The position numbers were made by a program, and so were the translations under genes. DNA of 64,000 nucleotides from Mobula hypostoma (Eukaryota), in contig NC_086108.1 of the NCBI RefSeq assembly GCF_963921235.1, forward strand, positions 111,726,001 to 111,790,000, given 5' to 3'. Shown one piece after another: positions 25,650-39,406 of the stretch. The notes beneath the pieces were generated by a model. The model worked only from the letters and a program-made list of their open reading frames with translations. It made no database searches and was not told the origin of the DNA. Within the stretch, counting starts at the first letter, position 1, and each line of letters opens with the position of its first letter.

Positions 25650-28230
25650 TTTAATTCCACATTTTAATTCCACATCCCATTCCCATTCTGACATGTCTAT
25701 CCACGGCCTCCTCTACTGTAAAGATGAAGCCACACTCAGGCTGGAGGAACAACACCTTATATTCCGTCTGGGTAGCCTCCAACCTGATGGCATGAACATC
25801 GACTTCTCTAACTTCCGCTAGGCCTCACCTCCCCTCGTACCCCATCTGTTACTTATTTTTACGCACACATTCTTTCTCTCACTCTCCTTTTTCTCCCTCT
25901 GTCCCTCTGAATATACCCCTTGCCCATCCTCTGGGTTCCCCCCCCCTGTCTTTCTTCCCGGACCTCCTGTCCCATGATCCTCTCATATCCCTTTTGCCAA
26001 TCACCTATCCAGCTCTTGGCTCCATCCCTCCCCCTCCTGTCTTCTCCTATCATTTTGGATCTCCCACTCCCCCTCCAACTTTAAAACCTCTTACTCACTC
26101 TTCCTTCAGTTAGTCCTGACAAAGGGTCTCGGCCTGAAACGTCGACTGCACCTCTTCCTACAGAAAGTGTAAGGGCATGTGTAGCACTTGTTCCGTTTAC
26201 ACGGATAAGTGCCAGGAGGGAGATCAGTGGGGAGGGATGGGGGGGACGAATGGACAAGGGAGTTGTGTAGGGAGCGATTCCTGCGGAATGCAGAGAGAGG
26301 GGGGGAGGGAAAGATGTGCTTAGTGGTGGGATCCCGTTGGAGGTGGCGGAAGTTACGGAGAATAATATGTTGGACCCGGAGGCTGGTGGGGTGGTAGGTG
26401 AGGACCAGGGGAACCCTATTCCTAGTGGGGTGGCGGGAGGATGGAGTGAGAGCAGATGTACGTGAAATGGGGGAGATGCGTTTAAGAGCAGAGTTGATAG
26501 TGGAGGAAGGGAAGCCCCTTTCTTTAAAAAAGGAAGACATCTCCCTCGTGCTAGAATGAAAAGCCTCATCCTGAGAGCAGATGCGGCGGAGACGGAGGAA
26601 TTGCGAGAAGGGGATGGCGTTTTTGCAAGAGACAGGGTGAGAAGAGGAATAGTCCGGATAGCTGTGAGAGTCAGTAGGCTTATAGTAGACATCAGTGGAA
26701 TAGCTGTCTCCAGAGACAGAGACAGAAAGATCTAGAAAGAGGAGGGAGGTGTCGGAAATGGACCAGGTAAACTTGAGGGCAGGGTGAAAGTTGGAGGCAA
26801 AGTTAATAAAGTCAACGAGTTCTGCATGCGTGCAGGAAGCAGTGCCAATGCAGTCGTCAATGTAGCGAAGGAAAAGTGGGGGACAGATACCAGAATAGGC
26901 ACAGAACATAGATTGTTCCACAAAGCCAACAAAAAGGCAGGCATAGCTAGGACCCATACGGGTGCCCATAGCTACACCTTTAGTTTGGAGGAAGTGGGAG
27001 GAGCCAAAGGAGAAATTATTAAGAGTAAGGACTAATTCCGCTAGACGGAGCAGAGTGGTGGTAGAGGGGAACTGATTAGGTCTGGAATCCAAAAAGAAGC
27101 GGAGAGCTTTGAGACCTTCCTGATGGGGGATGGAAGTATATAAGGACTGGACATCCATGGTGAAAATAAAGCAGTGGGGGCCAGGGAACTTAAAATCATC
27201 GAAAAGTTTAAGAGCGTGAGAAGTGTCACGAACATAGGTCGGAAGGGATTGAACAAGGGGTGATAAAACAGTGTCGAGGTATGCAGAAACGAGTTCAGTG
27301 GGGCAGGAGCAAGCTGAGACAATAGGTCGGCCAGGACAGGTAGGTTTGTGGATCTTGGGTAGGAGGTAGAAACGGGAAGTGCGAGGTGTGGGAACTATAA
27401 GGTTGGTAGCAGTGGATGGGAGATCCCCTGCGCGGATAAAGTCGGTGATGGTGTGGGAGACAATGGCCTGGTGCTCCTTAGTGGGGTCATGATCGAGGGG
27501 TAAATAAGAAGAGGTATCCGCGAGTTGTCGCTGTGCCTCGGCAAGGTAGAGGTCAGTACGCCAGACTACAACAGCACCCCCCTTATCGGCGGGTTTAATA
27601 ATACGGTTAGGATTAGTGCGGAGGGAGTGGAGAGCAGAGCGTTCCGAAGGAGTGAGGTTGGAATGGGGATAAGGTGCGGTGAAGTCGAGACGGTTGATGT
27701 CCCGTCGGCAATTAGCGATAAAGAGATCCAGAGCAGGCAGAAGACCAGAGCGGGGTGTCCATGAAGAAGAGGAGGGTTGAAGACGGGAGAAGGGGTCATC
27801 GGTGGGGGTGGAAGAGTCCTTGCCGAAGAAGAAGGCTCGGAGATGGAGACGGCGGAAGAAAAGTTCCACATCGTGGCGAACACGGAATTCACTGAGGTGT
27901 GGGCGAAGGGGAACAAACGTGAGGCCCTTACTGAGGACAGAGCGCTCTGCCTCTGACAGTTGAAGGTCGGAGGGGATGGTAAAGACCCGGCACGGATGTG
28001 AGCTGGGATCAGAGGGGGGAGGGGGGAGGGGGGAGGCTGGGGGTGTCAATGGAGAGGGGAGGGTTGGGGTGAGAGGAAGATGGAGCCTCTGAGGGCCCAG
28101 GGTTGACGGTGGGATCTGAGGAAGACGGGGCTGCGGAGTGGTGGTGGGGGAAGGGGAGACGGGAGTCACAACAGCAGCACATAAAGACCTGGCCCGGAGT
28201 TCAAGGCTGGAGTCGCAGTTGGTGGTTGCG
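25650..28230 (-). mobile_element. Rearranged Penelope-like element: minus-strand RT body plus inverted 3' end
   Basis: Uninterrupted ORF 26106..28169 with KPADKGG, PKIHK, MDVQSLY, GVAMG, RYIDD and the linker CKRNKCYTC. The + arm at 25656-26163 carries the endonuclease C-terminus and a hammerhead with a core mutation (CTGACAA). Inserted in a minus-strand CR1 3' end. Confidence 0.9.
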
Positions 28231-28529
28231 CATTTACCACCTCGTCTGGCAGCTCATTCCACACTCCCACCACTATCGGTGTGAAGAAGCCCCCCCCAAT
28301 GTTCCCTTTAAACTCTTCCCCCCTTCACCCTAAACCCATGTCCTCTGGTTTTTTTCTCCCCTTGCCTCAGTGGAAGAAGCCTGCTTGCATTCACTCTGTC
28401 TATACCCATCATAATTTTATATACCTCTATCAAATCTCCCCTCATTCTTCTACGCTCCAGGGAATAAAGTCCTAACCTATTCAACTTTTCTCTGTAACTG
28501 AGTTTCTCAAGACCCGGCAACATCCTTGT

Positions 28530-29900
28530 TACTGGAAGTTGGAGAAGTTCATGCCATCAGGTTGGAGGCTACCCAGACTGAATACAAGTGTTGTTCCTCC
28601 AACCTGAGTGCAGCCTCATTGCAGCAGTAGAGGAGGGCGTGGACTGACATGCCAGAACAGGAATGGGAAGTAGAATTGAAATGAGTGGCCACACAGAGAT
28701 CCTGCTTTTTCTGGCGGACTGCTCAGCAATGCAGTCTCCCAGCCCACGTCGGTTCTCACCGATATAGAGGAGGCCACACCAGGAACAACAGACACAGTAG
28801 ATGACCCCATCGGACTCACAGGTGAAGTATCACCTCACCTGGAAGGACTGCTTGGGGTCCTGAATGAGGGAGGAGGTTTAGGAGCAGGTGTAGCACTTGT
28901 TTCGCTTGCAGTGGTAAGTGCCAGGAGGGAGACCAGTGGGAAGGGTGAATGGACAAGGGTGTCCATTCATTCAATGGATATGGTGGAAGTTGCAGAGAAT
29001 TATGTGCTGGGAATGGAGGCTAGTGGGTGATAGGTGAGGACAAGATGAACCCTATCCCCGGGGTGAGGGCAGCGTTGATGGTGGAGGAAAGGAAGCCCCT
29101 TTCTTTGAAGAAGGACATCTCAGTAGTTCTGGAATTGAAAGCCTCATCCTGAGAGTAGATGCAACGGAGATGGAGGAACTGAACGAAGAGGATGCCATTT
29201 TTACAAGCGACAAGGTGTGAAGAGGTATAGTCCAGATAGCTGTGAGAGACAGTGGGTTTATAAAAAAAAATATATCAGTAGATAGATTGTCTTCAGAGAT
29301 GGAGACAGAGAGATTAAGAAATGGGAGGGAGGTGCTGAAAATGGATCAAGTAAATTTGAGGGCAGGGTGGAATTTGGAAGCAAAATTGATGAAGTGGATG
29401 GGCTCAGCATAGATACAGGAAGCAACACCAATACAGTTGTCGATGTAGCATAGGAAGAGTTGGGGAGCGATGCCGGTGTAGGCTTGGAATGTAGACAGTT
29501 CCATGTCGCCTGCAAAAAGGCAGTAATAGCTGGCACCCATGCAGGTGCCCGTGGCTACACCTTTGGTTTGAAGGAACTGGGAGGAGCCAAAGGAGAAGTT
29601 ATTGAGCGTGAGGACTAGTTCCGCCAGACAGAGGAGAGAGGTGGTGGAGGGGAAAAGGCTGGGTCTGTTGTCCAAAGGAGTGGAGAGCTTTAAGGCCCTA
29701 CTGATGGAGGCTGGATGTTTATAGAGTCTGGACATCCTCAGTGAAAATGAGACAATCGGGGCCAGGGAACACTGCCATAGAAAAAATCAGGAGCATGTGA
29801 GGTGTCACTGGGGAGGTAAAACAGAGTTGAGTCATACAGACATAAGTTTGGTGGGGCAGCGACAAGCACAAACAATGGGTTTGTCAGGACAGGCAGAGGT
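28530..29900 (-). mobile_element. Older degenerate Penelope-like element fragment
   Basis: ORF 29346..29735 (LAELVLTLNNFSF..TKGVA..YIDNC) and endonuclease remnants at 28540-28860. Confidence 0.8.
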
Positions 29901-31156
29901 TTGTCAGGACCCTAACCACCAGATTCAGGAATAGTTATCACCATTCAACCACCAGGCTCTTAAACCAGAGGTGATAACTTCACTCACCCCATCACTGAAC
30001 TGTTCCCACAACCTAGGGATTCGTTTTCAAGGACTGTATCTCATGTATTTGATATTTATTGCTTATTTTTTGTTTTATTTTCTCATTTTGTATTTGTACA
30101 TACATGTTTACTTGTCCTATGGGGTGCAATCTTTCATTAATTCTACTGTGTTTCTTGTATTTACTGTGAATGGCCACAAGGAAATGAATCTCAGGGATGT
30201 ATATGAAGATTGAGAATAAACTTACTTTGAATATTGAAAGGCCATGGTAGACTGGATATGGTGGGGCAGCCTAGGACCAGAGGGCACAGCCTCGGACCAG
30301 AGGGCACAGCCTCAGAATAGAAGAACATCCCTTTAGAGTGGAGATGAGGAGGAATTCATTGGGTGAATTCATTGCCACAGACAGTTGTGGAGACTAAGAT
30401 ATTGGGTGCATTTAAAGTGGATGTTGATAGGTTCTTGATTGGTCAGGGTGTCAAAAGTTACAGGGAGAAGGCAGGAGAATGGGGTCGAGAGTGATGGTAA
30501 ATCAGACATGATGGAATGACAGAGCAGACTCGATGGGCTGAATGGCCTAATTCTACTACGTTTTAATGTCTAGCCAAGGCAACCTGAAGCAGCTAGAGGA
30601 TAACAGATACAGGAACTAGTAGGTAGGAGGTTTAACCCAGGAAGCTGCTGCACGATCCATCGGACTCGCTGGAAAATGGATAAAAATGCATTCCAGACGG
30701 TGGAGAGGATGCAGCGTTAGACGCAGGAGCAGAGTTACCCATCTACCATCTGAAACCTGCACTCGGGGTGTGACCACCTCACTAAAAGCCTCACCTCTCG
30801 GGGTTTCAGTTCCAGCTCCTTTCAGAAGGTGACTCATTGTTCACCGTTTGATAAAGGTAGCTCAGGCACGATGAGCTGAAACCTTCTCCTGTTCAATCAT
30901 TCCACAAGACATTTCTCTCTCAACATTTAATAGAAATTTGGATAGGTCCGTACAAAGATGAGAGGGGTATGGATGGTATGGTCCGGGTGTAGGTCAATGG
31001 GATTAGATTAATAGTTTGGCATGGACTAGATGGGCCAAAGGGCCTTTGTGCAGCAGTATTCTATGTCTCTATGACTCTGAGACAGAGCAGTAGGTGATGC
31101 AAAGGATTGTATTTGTGTTTTCTTCTCGTACAAACTATTATCCATTACTTTTCCAG

Positions 31157-31273
31157 GACCTACCCAAGGAATGCCTGTACCCAGTACACACCCAGAGAAT
31201 TCACCGCAGAGGAGAAGGAGCAGCTCCTGAAATCCGAAGCCCTCACCAACTTCATCAACTCCGTGGCCTCGAG
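31157..31273 (+). CDS. DNAI3: DNAI3/WDR63 coding exon
   Basis: ttttccag| ... AG|gttcct, phase 2/2. Encodes (W)TYPRNACTQYTPREFTAEEKEQLLKSEALTNFINSVAS(R). Confidence 0.88.
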
Positions 31274-32899
31274 GTTCCTTTCTTTTATCTTTGTTCATAG
31301 GACATAGAAATCACCAGCATTCATTGCCACCCCTAACAGCCCCAAACCTGACTTCGGACATAGAACAGCACAGCACAGGAAAGGCCCTTCAGCCTACAGT
31401 GCTGTGCTGAACCAATTAAATTAGTAATCAAATGGCCAGCTAAACTAATCCCTTCTGCCTTCACAATGTCCATGTTCCATCATCTTCCTCACATTCATGA
31501 GCCTATCTAAATATCCCTGAAAAGCCTCTGATGTATCGGCCTCCACCACCATCCCAGGCAGCGCGTTCCAAGCACCCACAACTCTTTTCATTTAACTGCG
31601 TAAGACAACAATAACAACAACTTGCCCTTCATATCTCCTTTGAAATCACCTCTCTTACCTTTAATGCATGCCCTCTGGTATCAGACATTTCAACCCTGGG
31701 AAAAATACTCACTGTCTACTCTATCTATGGCTCTCATAGCTTTATAAACCTCTATCAGATCTCCCCTCAGCCTCCCCACCGCTCCAGAGAAAAGAACGCA
31801 GGTTTATCCAACTTCTCCTCTTCTTATAACACATACCCTCCAGGCAGCATCCTAGTACACCTCTTCTGCACCCTGTCCAAAGCCTCGACCTCCTTCCTAT
31901 AATGGGCAACCAGAACTGTTTGCAATACTACTTTGGAACTCAGTGCCTCGACTGATAAAGACAAGCAAGCCATAGTCCTTCTTAACCACCCGATCAACCT
32001 GTGTAGCTCCTGTCAGGAAGCTGTGAACTTGGAGCCCAAGATTCCTCTGCTCATGGAAGACCGACTGGGGCCTGTCAGGGGGTAGTTTAATGCTGACCAC
32101 AGGGTTTGAAATCACATATAAGATCAGTTTATTATTATCATGTGTACCGAGGTAGAGTGTAAAAGCTTTCTTTTGCCATGTCATCCACACAAATCATTTC
32201 ATCACATCCGTACACGAGGTGGGTTAAACAACAGAGAATGCAGAATAAAGTGTTACTGTACAGAGAAAATGCAGTGCAGATAGACAATAGGAGCAAGATC
32301 ATAACGAGGTAGATTGTGAGGTCAAGAGCTCATCTTAATGTCATCGCCATTATGGGCCATGCCATGGCATGGGTGATTATGGTCTTTCCATGATCATGGT
32401 CGTTCTTGGCAAATTTTTTGCCAGAAGTGGTTTGCTGTTGTCTTCTGGACAGTGTCTTTACAAGACGGGTGACCCCAGCCATTATCAATACTCTTCAGAG
32501 ATTGTCTGTCTGGCATCAGTGGTCACATAACCAGGCACCTCATACCTCCTTTGGGAGTATCTTGACCCCACCATCCTACGTCTTATTGTACTGGAGAAAA
32601 ATTCAATAGTTTTATAACGCCTGGTGATGCGTGCTTTCAGGCTTTTGTATCTTCTGCCCGGTGGGAGAGGGGAGAGGGGAGAGGGGAGAAGGGAGAATGT
32701 CTGGGGTGAGTGCTGGCCTTGATTATGTTGGCTGCTTCACTGAGGCACCGTAAAGTGCAGACAGAGTATAAACCGGATAAACCAGACCAAGTAATGACAT
32801 TGGCGAAGAGTGGGGGGTTTTAATGACAATCATAGTTGACATTACAAACTATTTTTTAATTAGAGTTGTGTTAAGTTAAATTAATTAATTAAATTCACA

Positions 32900-34400
32900 A
32901 GCTCTTTTCTCGAGTCTTCCAAGTCTACAGAAGTTGATGACCGTGTCTACCTGGAGTCACAGAGAGGCTTCTGTGCCGGAAGGTCAACTGTCAACATGAT
33001 CTTCTCTCTCTGCCAACTCCCGGAGAAGTGCGGGGAACATAAAAACCCTCTCTATGTTGCATTTATTGATCTCACCGAGGCATTTGACTTGGTCAGCAGA
33101 GATGGGCTTTTCAGATCCTCTGTAAAGTGGGCTGCCTGCTGAGACTATAGAGCACGATCAAATCCTCCCACAACAACATGAAGGGGTCAGTGCAGTCCCG
33201 CAGCAGCTCTTCGGAGCTCTTTACCATGAGTAGTGGTGCTAAGCGAGGCCGTTCTCACCCCAGCGCTGTTCAGGATCCTCTTTGCCTTTCTCCCGAGGCA
33301 GCATTTGACACGGTGACAGAGGGGATCGGCCTCCACACTAGATCAGATGGCAGGCTTTTTACCCTTGCCACCTAAGAGCCAAAACGAAAGTGCGCGAGGC
33401 TGTGATCAACCCACGCTCCGCAGCACTTCCAGAGCTTGATGTATCGCCTCTCCAAGGTCTGCAAGGAATTTGGTCAGACTATCAGCCAGAAAAAGACGAA
33501 CGTCTTGGGACAAGCCGTGGAGGCACCCCCAGTTATTACCACTGATAACTACAAACTGGATGTTGTTCATCAGTTCTCATACCTGGGGTCCAACGTCAGT
33601 GACAAACTCTCCTCAGATGCAGAAATCGACAAGGCTGCAACAGCTCTTGCCTGCCTCACCACAGGAGTCTGGGAGAACTGCAAACTCCCAGTCAAAACAA
33701 AGATGGCAGTGTACAACACTTGTGTCACCTGCATGCTGCTGATCAACAGCGAGACCTGGACAACATGCACTAAACAGCAGAGAAGGCCCAAACCTTCCAA
33801 TTAAGGAGGCTTTGTCACCCCTGGGACATCTCCTGCAGAGTCAGGGAACCCAGTGCTGAGGTTCTCTCTGGAGTCGGTCTCCCCAGTGTCCACACCCTGC
33901 TCAGGTAGTGTAGGCTGGACCACGTCTGCCCTGTGTCTACACCCTGCTCAGGTAGTGTAGGCTGGACCATGTCTGCCGTGTGTCCACACCCTGCTCAGGC
34001 AGTGTAGGCTGGACCACGTCTGCCCTGTGTCTACACCCTGCTCAGGTAGTGTAGGCTGGACCATGTCTGCCGCATGCAGGATGGTCGCATCCTGTACAGT
34101 GACCTTCAGGTTAGAGAACCACTGGCTGCCCACACACTACAAGGACGTCTGCAAGCTGGAAATCAGCGTTGAGTCCTGGGAGGAGCTTGCAGTCGACCAC
34201 ACCAGATGGAGAAGTATCTTGAAACAACACCTTAAATCAGACAAAGAAAAACAAATGGGCCAATAGAAAGGAAAGATGCATCTCCAGCTGAGACTACTTG
34301 TAGATGTGACATTTGTAACAGACACTGCCCCTCTCACATTGGTCTCGTCAGCCACAGACTGATCTGCATCAGTAACGTATTGTAGATAGCTAAGGACACA
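32900..34400 (+). mobile_element. RTE-clade LINE fragment
   Basis: Translates to GF..GRST..MIFSL.QL.EKC.E...PLYVAFIDLTEAFDLVSR. ORF 33436..33804 (FGQTISQKKT, FSYLGS). Confidence 0.75.
33886..34071. repeat. 47-bp tandem repeat, 4 copies, within the RTE fragment
   Basis: accctgctcagg recurs at 33894, 33941, 33988 and 34035. Confidence 0.9.
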
Positions 34401-35782
34401 ATATCCATGGTCGACCTCGAACAATGGAGGGCCACGCGAGGATTTAATTAAATTAACATAAATTCCCCTGTTGCTGAGATTGGAAGTGATCTGCTATTTG
34501 CTCAAGGTACTAGTGCAGTAATAACTACTGCATTGCTGTTTCCCATTGATAGACGTTTTGTATTCGGCTCAGAATTAGGTCAGGTGTCTTGTTGGAGATT
34601 CCACCTCCAGTCACTACTAACAGCAGCTGTCTCTCTGTCTTCCACACGACCTGTCCTATAGGAATTGGTTTATTGTCACATGTGGTGGGTAAGGTGGAGA
34701 TATATCTCTACGAAAGGAGGTATAAGGCTCTCCCTCCCTCTGCTAGCCTTGGGCAAGGTGTAGCACCTGCTTAGCCCCCCGATCAGGGTCATGTGAAGCC
34801 ATGAGAGCAGGTGGTGGATGGTCGTATGAGCAGTTGGTGCATATCACAAGTCCCAGTTATGCGACCACTGACACCAGGCAGACCATCTCTGAAGAGTATT
34901 CATAATGGGTGTGGTCACCTGTCTTGTAAAGACACTGCGCAGAAGAAGGCAATGGCAAATCACTTCTGTAGAAACATTTGTCAAGAAACAGTCTTGGTCA
35001 GGAGACCAAGATCATCCATGTCATGGCATGGCACATGATGATGATGTAGAGTGAAAAGCTTGCCTGGCATACTGTTCATACAAAGCAAATTATTACACAG
35101 TGCTCAGGTAGAACAAGATAAAACAATAACAGAGTGCAGAATAAAGTGTAACGGTTACAGAGATAGGACAATGCAGTCACACAATAAGGTACAAGGTCAC
35201 AACAAAGTAGATTATGAGGCCAGGAGTCCTTATTGTACAAGGGGACTGTTCAATAGTCTTAATACAGCGGGATGGAAGCTGTCTTCGAGCCTGGTGGTAC
35301 GTGCTTTCAGGCTTTTGTGTCTTCTGCCTGTGGGAGTGGAGAGATGAGAAAACAAGCAAATACAAATTTCTGTGGTTATCTCTTGATTGTTTATTTCAAT
35401 TGTCCCTGGAGCAATAATATTTCATCCTAGAGATCACCGGATATTTGGCATCCTCTTGGTAGAATGTAGAGGGTAAATTTGACTTCTAAGTTTCAAGGTA
35501 CATTTATTATCAAAGTATGTATGCAGTATACACCCTGGGATTCGTCTTTCCACAGACGAAGAAACACCACGGAGCCCGCTCAAAGAAATCATAGAACACC
35601 CAAAGCGCAAAAAGAAGAACAAATTACGCAAACAGCAAAGAGCAAGCAAATAACTCAGAGTATTAAACATCGAACCGTAGAGTCCCCAACATGATCCAGG
35701 AGTGATGAATGGCAGCCACTGAGTAAATTCCGTGATCAGCAAAAAACAACCCCGAGCTTAACCACAATTCCAACGGTTAGAC

Positions 35783-37557
35783 CAGTGATTCTCAATGGGG
35801 AATGGGAATGTGTCCTAAGGGGGAATGTGTCCTAAGGGGGAATGTGTCCTAAGGGGGCATGAGGGGAAATAAAAGTCATCAAGGGGCATACAAGATTCTT
35901 GGGGGGGGGGAACGCAGTGAGGAGCACCCTGATTTGAGGCACGATACCTGACCAACCGGTACTGGAGCAGGTACTTCCAAAAAAAGGGTGAGGCACTGGA
36001 ACCCAGGAAGAACCATAGCTCTGCAGGTGGTGAGCACTTATCATCACAATGTGTCTGAAACTCGGCAATCTCATCCCACCTTACCAACCAGACAGACATT
36101 ATTGGTGATGCATAAATTAGCAAACAGGGTGTCCAACATTTCCCCTTGACTTGTGGCATAGAACGAGTTCATGCAATTTAACAGTTGGTAAGTCAAGTAT
36201 ATCCTCTCAACTTTCTCTACAGACCTACAGACATGTCATGCAATGATACAGCCTTGGCCAGAACTAAACAGTGAAATAGTGACCTTGGCTTCATATGTGT
36301 GATCAAGAACTATCTTTGGGATTATAAGACCTGATGTGATTGATCAATTGTTGTTACTGGAATAAAGGTGGCTTGCTGAACACCTGCTCTATCCCGACTA
36401 ATCTGAATGTTTGTCAACATAAGTTTTGCTGTTGTGATCGTCTTCATCTTCGCCTCACTGTTCTATTTCCGTGCCACTACCATCGTTTCATCCGTGTCAG
36501 CTCGCTGCCGTCATCAGCATCTGATAGGCATTCCCAGGTTGTGATAATTTTTTACGCTTGCTTACTTCACACTGAAGTGCGTTGGCTGTCAAAAGGCTGC
36601 TGCTTAAAAAATTTCATTGATCTTTTTGATGCTGTGGTTGATTTTTTTTGCTCAAAGTTGACAAGAGCTTAGGAAGCAAGATTGAATTTCTATGTGGAGA
36701 TGTGGCATGCTTAGCCAGTCTGTATGACAAAATGATCATTCTAAATATGAAACTGCATGGTGAGAATTTCAATTTAATCCAGGCAAAAAGTGTAGTGTCC
36801 CCTTTTATCGGAAGATTGTAAATATATACCATAAGCAAAACATTGGGAGACGAATGTTCTCACAGTTTTTCTGCATGGGAAGTACAGCACTCTCTTTCAC
36901 AAACAGTGATTTTCAGGAGTACTGCTTACACCTGCAGTCACTGAAGAAGGATTTTCAGAATCGATTCAATGATTTGAACAATCTGGAAATTCTGGACTGT
37001 GTAATTGAACCATTTCTTTGCAAGGTGGAAAAACAGGAAGAGAGCTTGCAGGAAGAAATTATCAAAATTCAGAATGATGAAGCAAAAATGCTTTTCAAAA
37101 ATGTTGGCTTTTGTGGTTTGGCTACACTGTCATACAAAGTTTCCCCATCTTTGGAGACGAGCCAAACTGCTCTTCATTGCATTTCCGTCTTCCTACTTTG
37201 CTGAAACAGGCTTCACTGCAGTGAATCACATACTCACAAAAACAGAAACTGCCTGGACATTGTTATGTGTGGGGAATTAAGGCTTTTGCTGTCACAACTT
37301 GAACCAGATATTTCAACTCTTGCTAAAAACCATCAAGCTCAAGGCTCACATTGATATTGAAACAGCTGTATAGTGCACAGGTACTATGTAAGCTAGGTTT
37401 GAAGACAAATAAATATTTAAGGCATAATCATTTTCCTCATGTTATCATATGGTAGACATGTTTTTACACTGTAAAGTATATTGTGCCCAAAAGGGGCATT
37501 GGCAAGTACGAGAGTGCTTTAGGGAGGCTTTGGGCTGAAAAAAGGTTGGGGACACTC
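35783..37557 (+). mobile_element. Internally deleted hAT (Charlie/Buster-type) transposon
   Basis: TIRs cagtgattctcaa / ttggggacactc. 8-bp TSD ggttagac at 35775-35782 and 37558-37565. Transposase remnants LLHTEVRWLSKG and FPSSYFAETGF at about 36545-37353. Confidence 0.88.
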
Positions 37558-37814
37558 GGTTAGACTCTGAAGCCAGACTTGTGTTCATTAGGGTAACCAG
37601 GAAAGTTTGATTAAGATGTTGAGAATTTCAAGAATTCTTAAAGTGTATAGAGAGGTGATTGTTCCACTGTCATTGCTGCCATCAAGGAGGAGATACAAGA
37701 ACTTAAAGACACACCAGGAACAAACCCCACCATTCAGAGGGTACGCATTCAATGTGAGGGGTAAGTTACTTACACAGAGGGTGGTGGTAGAGGCAGATAC
37801 ATTAGATACATTTA

Positions 37815-39406
37815 CAAACCCCATTTCCAGAAAATTTGGGATATTTTCCAAAATGCAATAAAAACAAAAATCTGTGATATGTTAATTCACGTGAACCTTT
37901 ATTTAACTGACAAAAGTACAAAGAAAAGATTTGCAGTAGTTGTACTGACCAACTTAATTGTATTTTGTAAATATACACAAATTTAGAATTTGATGGCTGC
38001 AACATAGTCAACAAAAGTTGGGACAGAGGCATGTTTACCATTGTGTTACGTCACCTTTCCTTATAATACTTTTTAATCGTTTTGGAACTGAGGATACTAA
38101 TTGTAGTAGATTTGCAATTGGAAATTTTGTCCATTCTTGCTTGATATAAGACTTCAGCTGCTCAACAGTCCGTGGTCTCCGTTGTCTGATTCTCCTCTTC
38201 ATGATGCGCCATACATTTTCAATAGGAGATAGATCTGGACTGGCAGCAGGCCAGTCAAGCACACACACACTGTGCCTACAAAGCCACACTGTTGTAGCCC
38301 GTGCAGAATGTGGTCTGGCATTGTCCTGCTGAAATAAGCATGGACGTCCCAGGAAGAGACGTCGCCTTGATGGCAACATATGTCTCTCTAAAATCCTAAT
38401 ATACACCTCAGAGTCAACGGTACCTTCACATACATGCAACTCACCCATGCCGTGGGCACTGATGCACCCCCATACCATCACAGATGCTGGCTTTTGCACC
38501 TTTCGCTGATAACAATCTGGATGGTCGTTTTCATCTTTGGCACGGAGAACTCAACGCCCGTTTTTTCCAAAAGCTAGCTGAAATGTGGACTCATCTGACC
38601 ATAGCACACAGTTCCACAGTCTTTCGGTCCATCTGAGATGAGCTCGGGCCCAGAGAACTCACTGGCGTTTCTGCATAGAGTTGATGTATGGCTTCCTCCT
38701 TGCATAATACAGTTTCAAGTTGCATTTCTGGATGCAGCGACAGACTGTGTTGAGTGGCAATGGTTTTCTGAAGTACCCCGGAGCCCAGGTGGCTATAATT
38801 GTCACAGTAGTATGATGGTTTCTTAGGCAGTGCCACCTGAGGGCTCGAAGATCACGCGCATTCAACTGTGGTTTCCGACCTTGCCCTTTACGCACTGAGA
38901 TGTCTCTGAATCTTTTCACAATATTATGTACTGTAGATGTTGAAAAACGTAAATTCTCCGCAATCTTGCGTTGAGAAATGTTCCTTTTAAACTGACTAAC
39001 AATTCTCTCACAAATTTTGGCACAAAGGGGTGAGCCACGACCCATCCTTGCTTGCAAAGACTGAGCCTTTGATGGACGCTACTTTTATACCCAGTCATGA
39101 TAGCTCACCTACTACCAATTAGCCTGCTTAATATGGAGTCTTCCAAACTGGTGTTACTTGAATATTCTGTGCACTTTTCAATCTTATTTTAACTCTGTCC
39201 CAACTTTTATTGAGTGTGTTGCAGCCATCAAATTCTAAATTTGTGTATATTTACAAAATACAATTAAATTGGTCAGTAAAACTATTGAAAATCTTTTCTT
39301 TGTACTTTTGTCAGTTAAATAAAGGTTCACGTGAATTAACATATCACAGATTTTTGTTTTTATTGCATTTTGGAAAATATCCCACCTTTTCTGGAAGTGG
39401 GGTTTG
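37815..39406 (-). mobile_element. Tc1-like transposon, full length, defective transposase
   Basis: About 210-bp TIRs (caaaccccatttccagaaaa...) and TA TSDs. Transposase pieces 38659..39057 (GRKP) and 38035..38499 (MVWGC, FQQDNA, SPDLSPIENVW). Confidence 0.93.

Noticed and set aside
35783..37557. Domesticated hAT gene (ZBED/SCAND3/FAM200-like)
   Set aside because: It is frameshifted, internally deleted, and still bounded by TIRs and a TSD.
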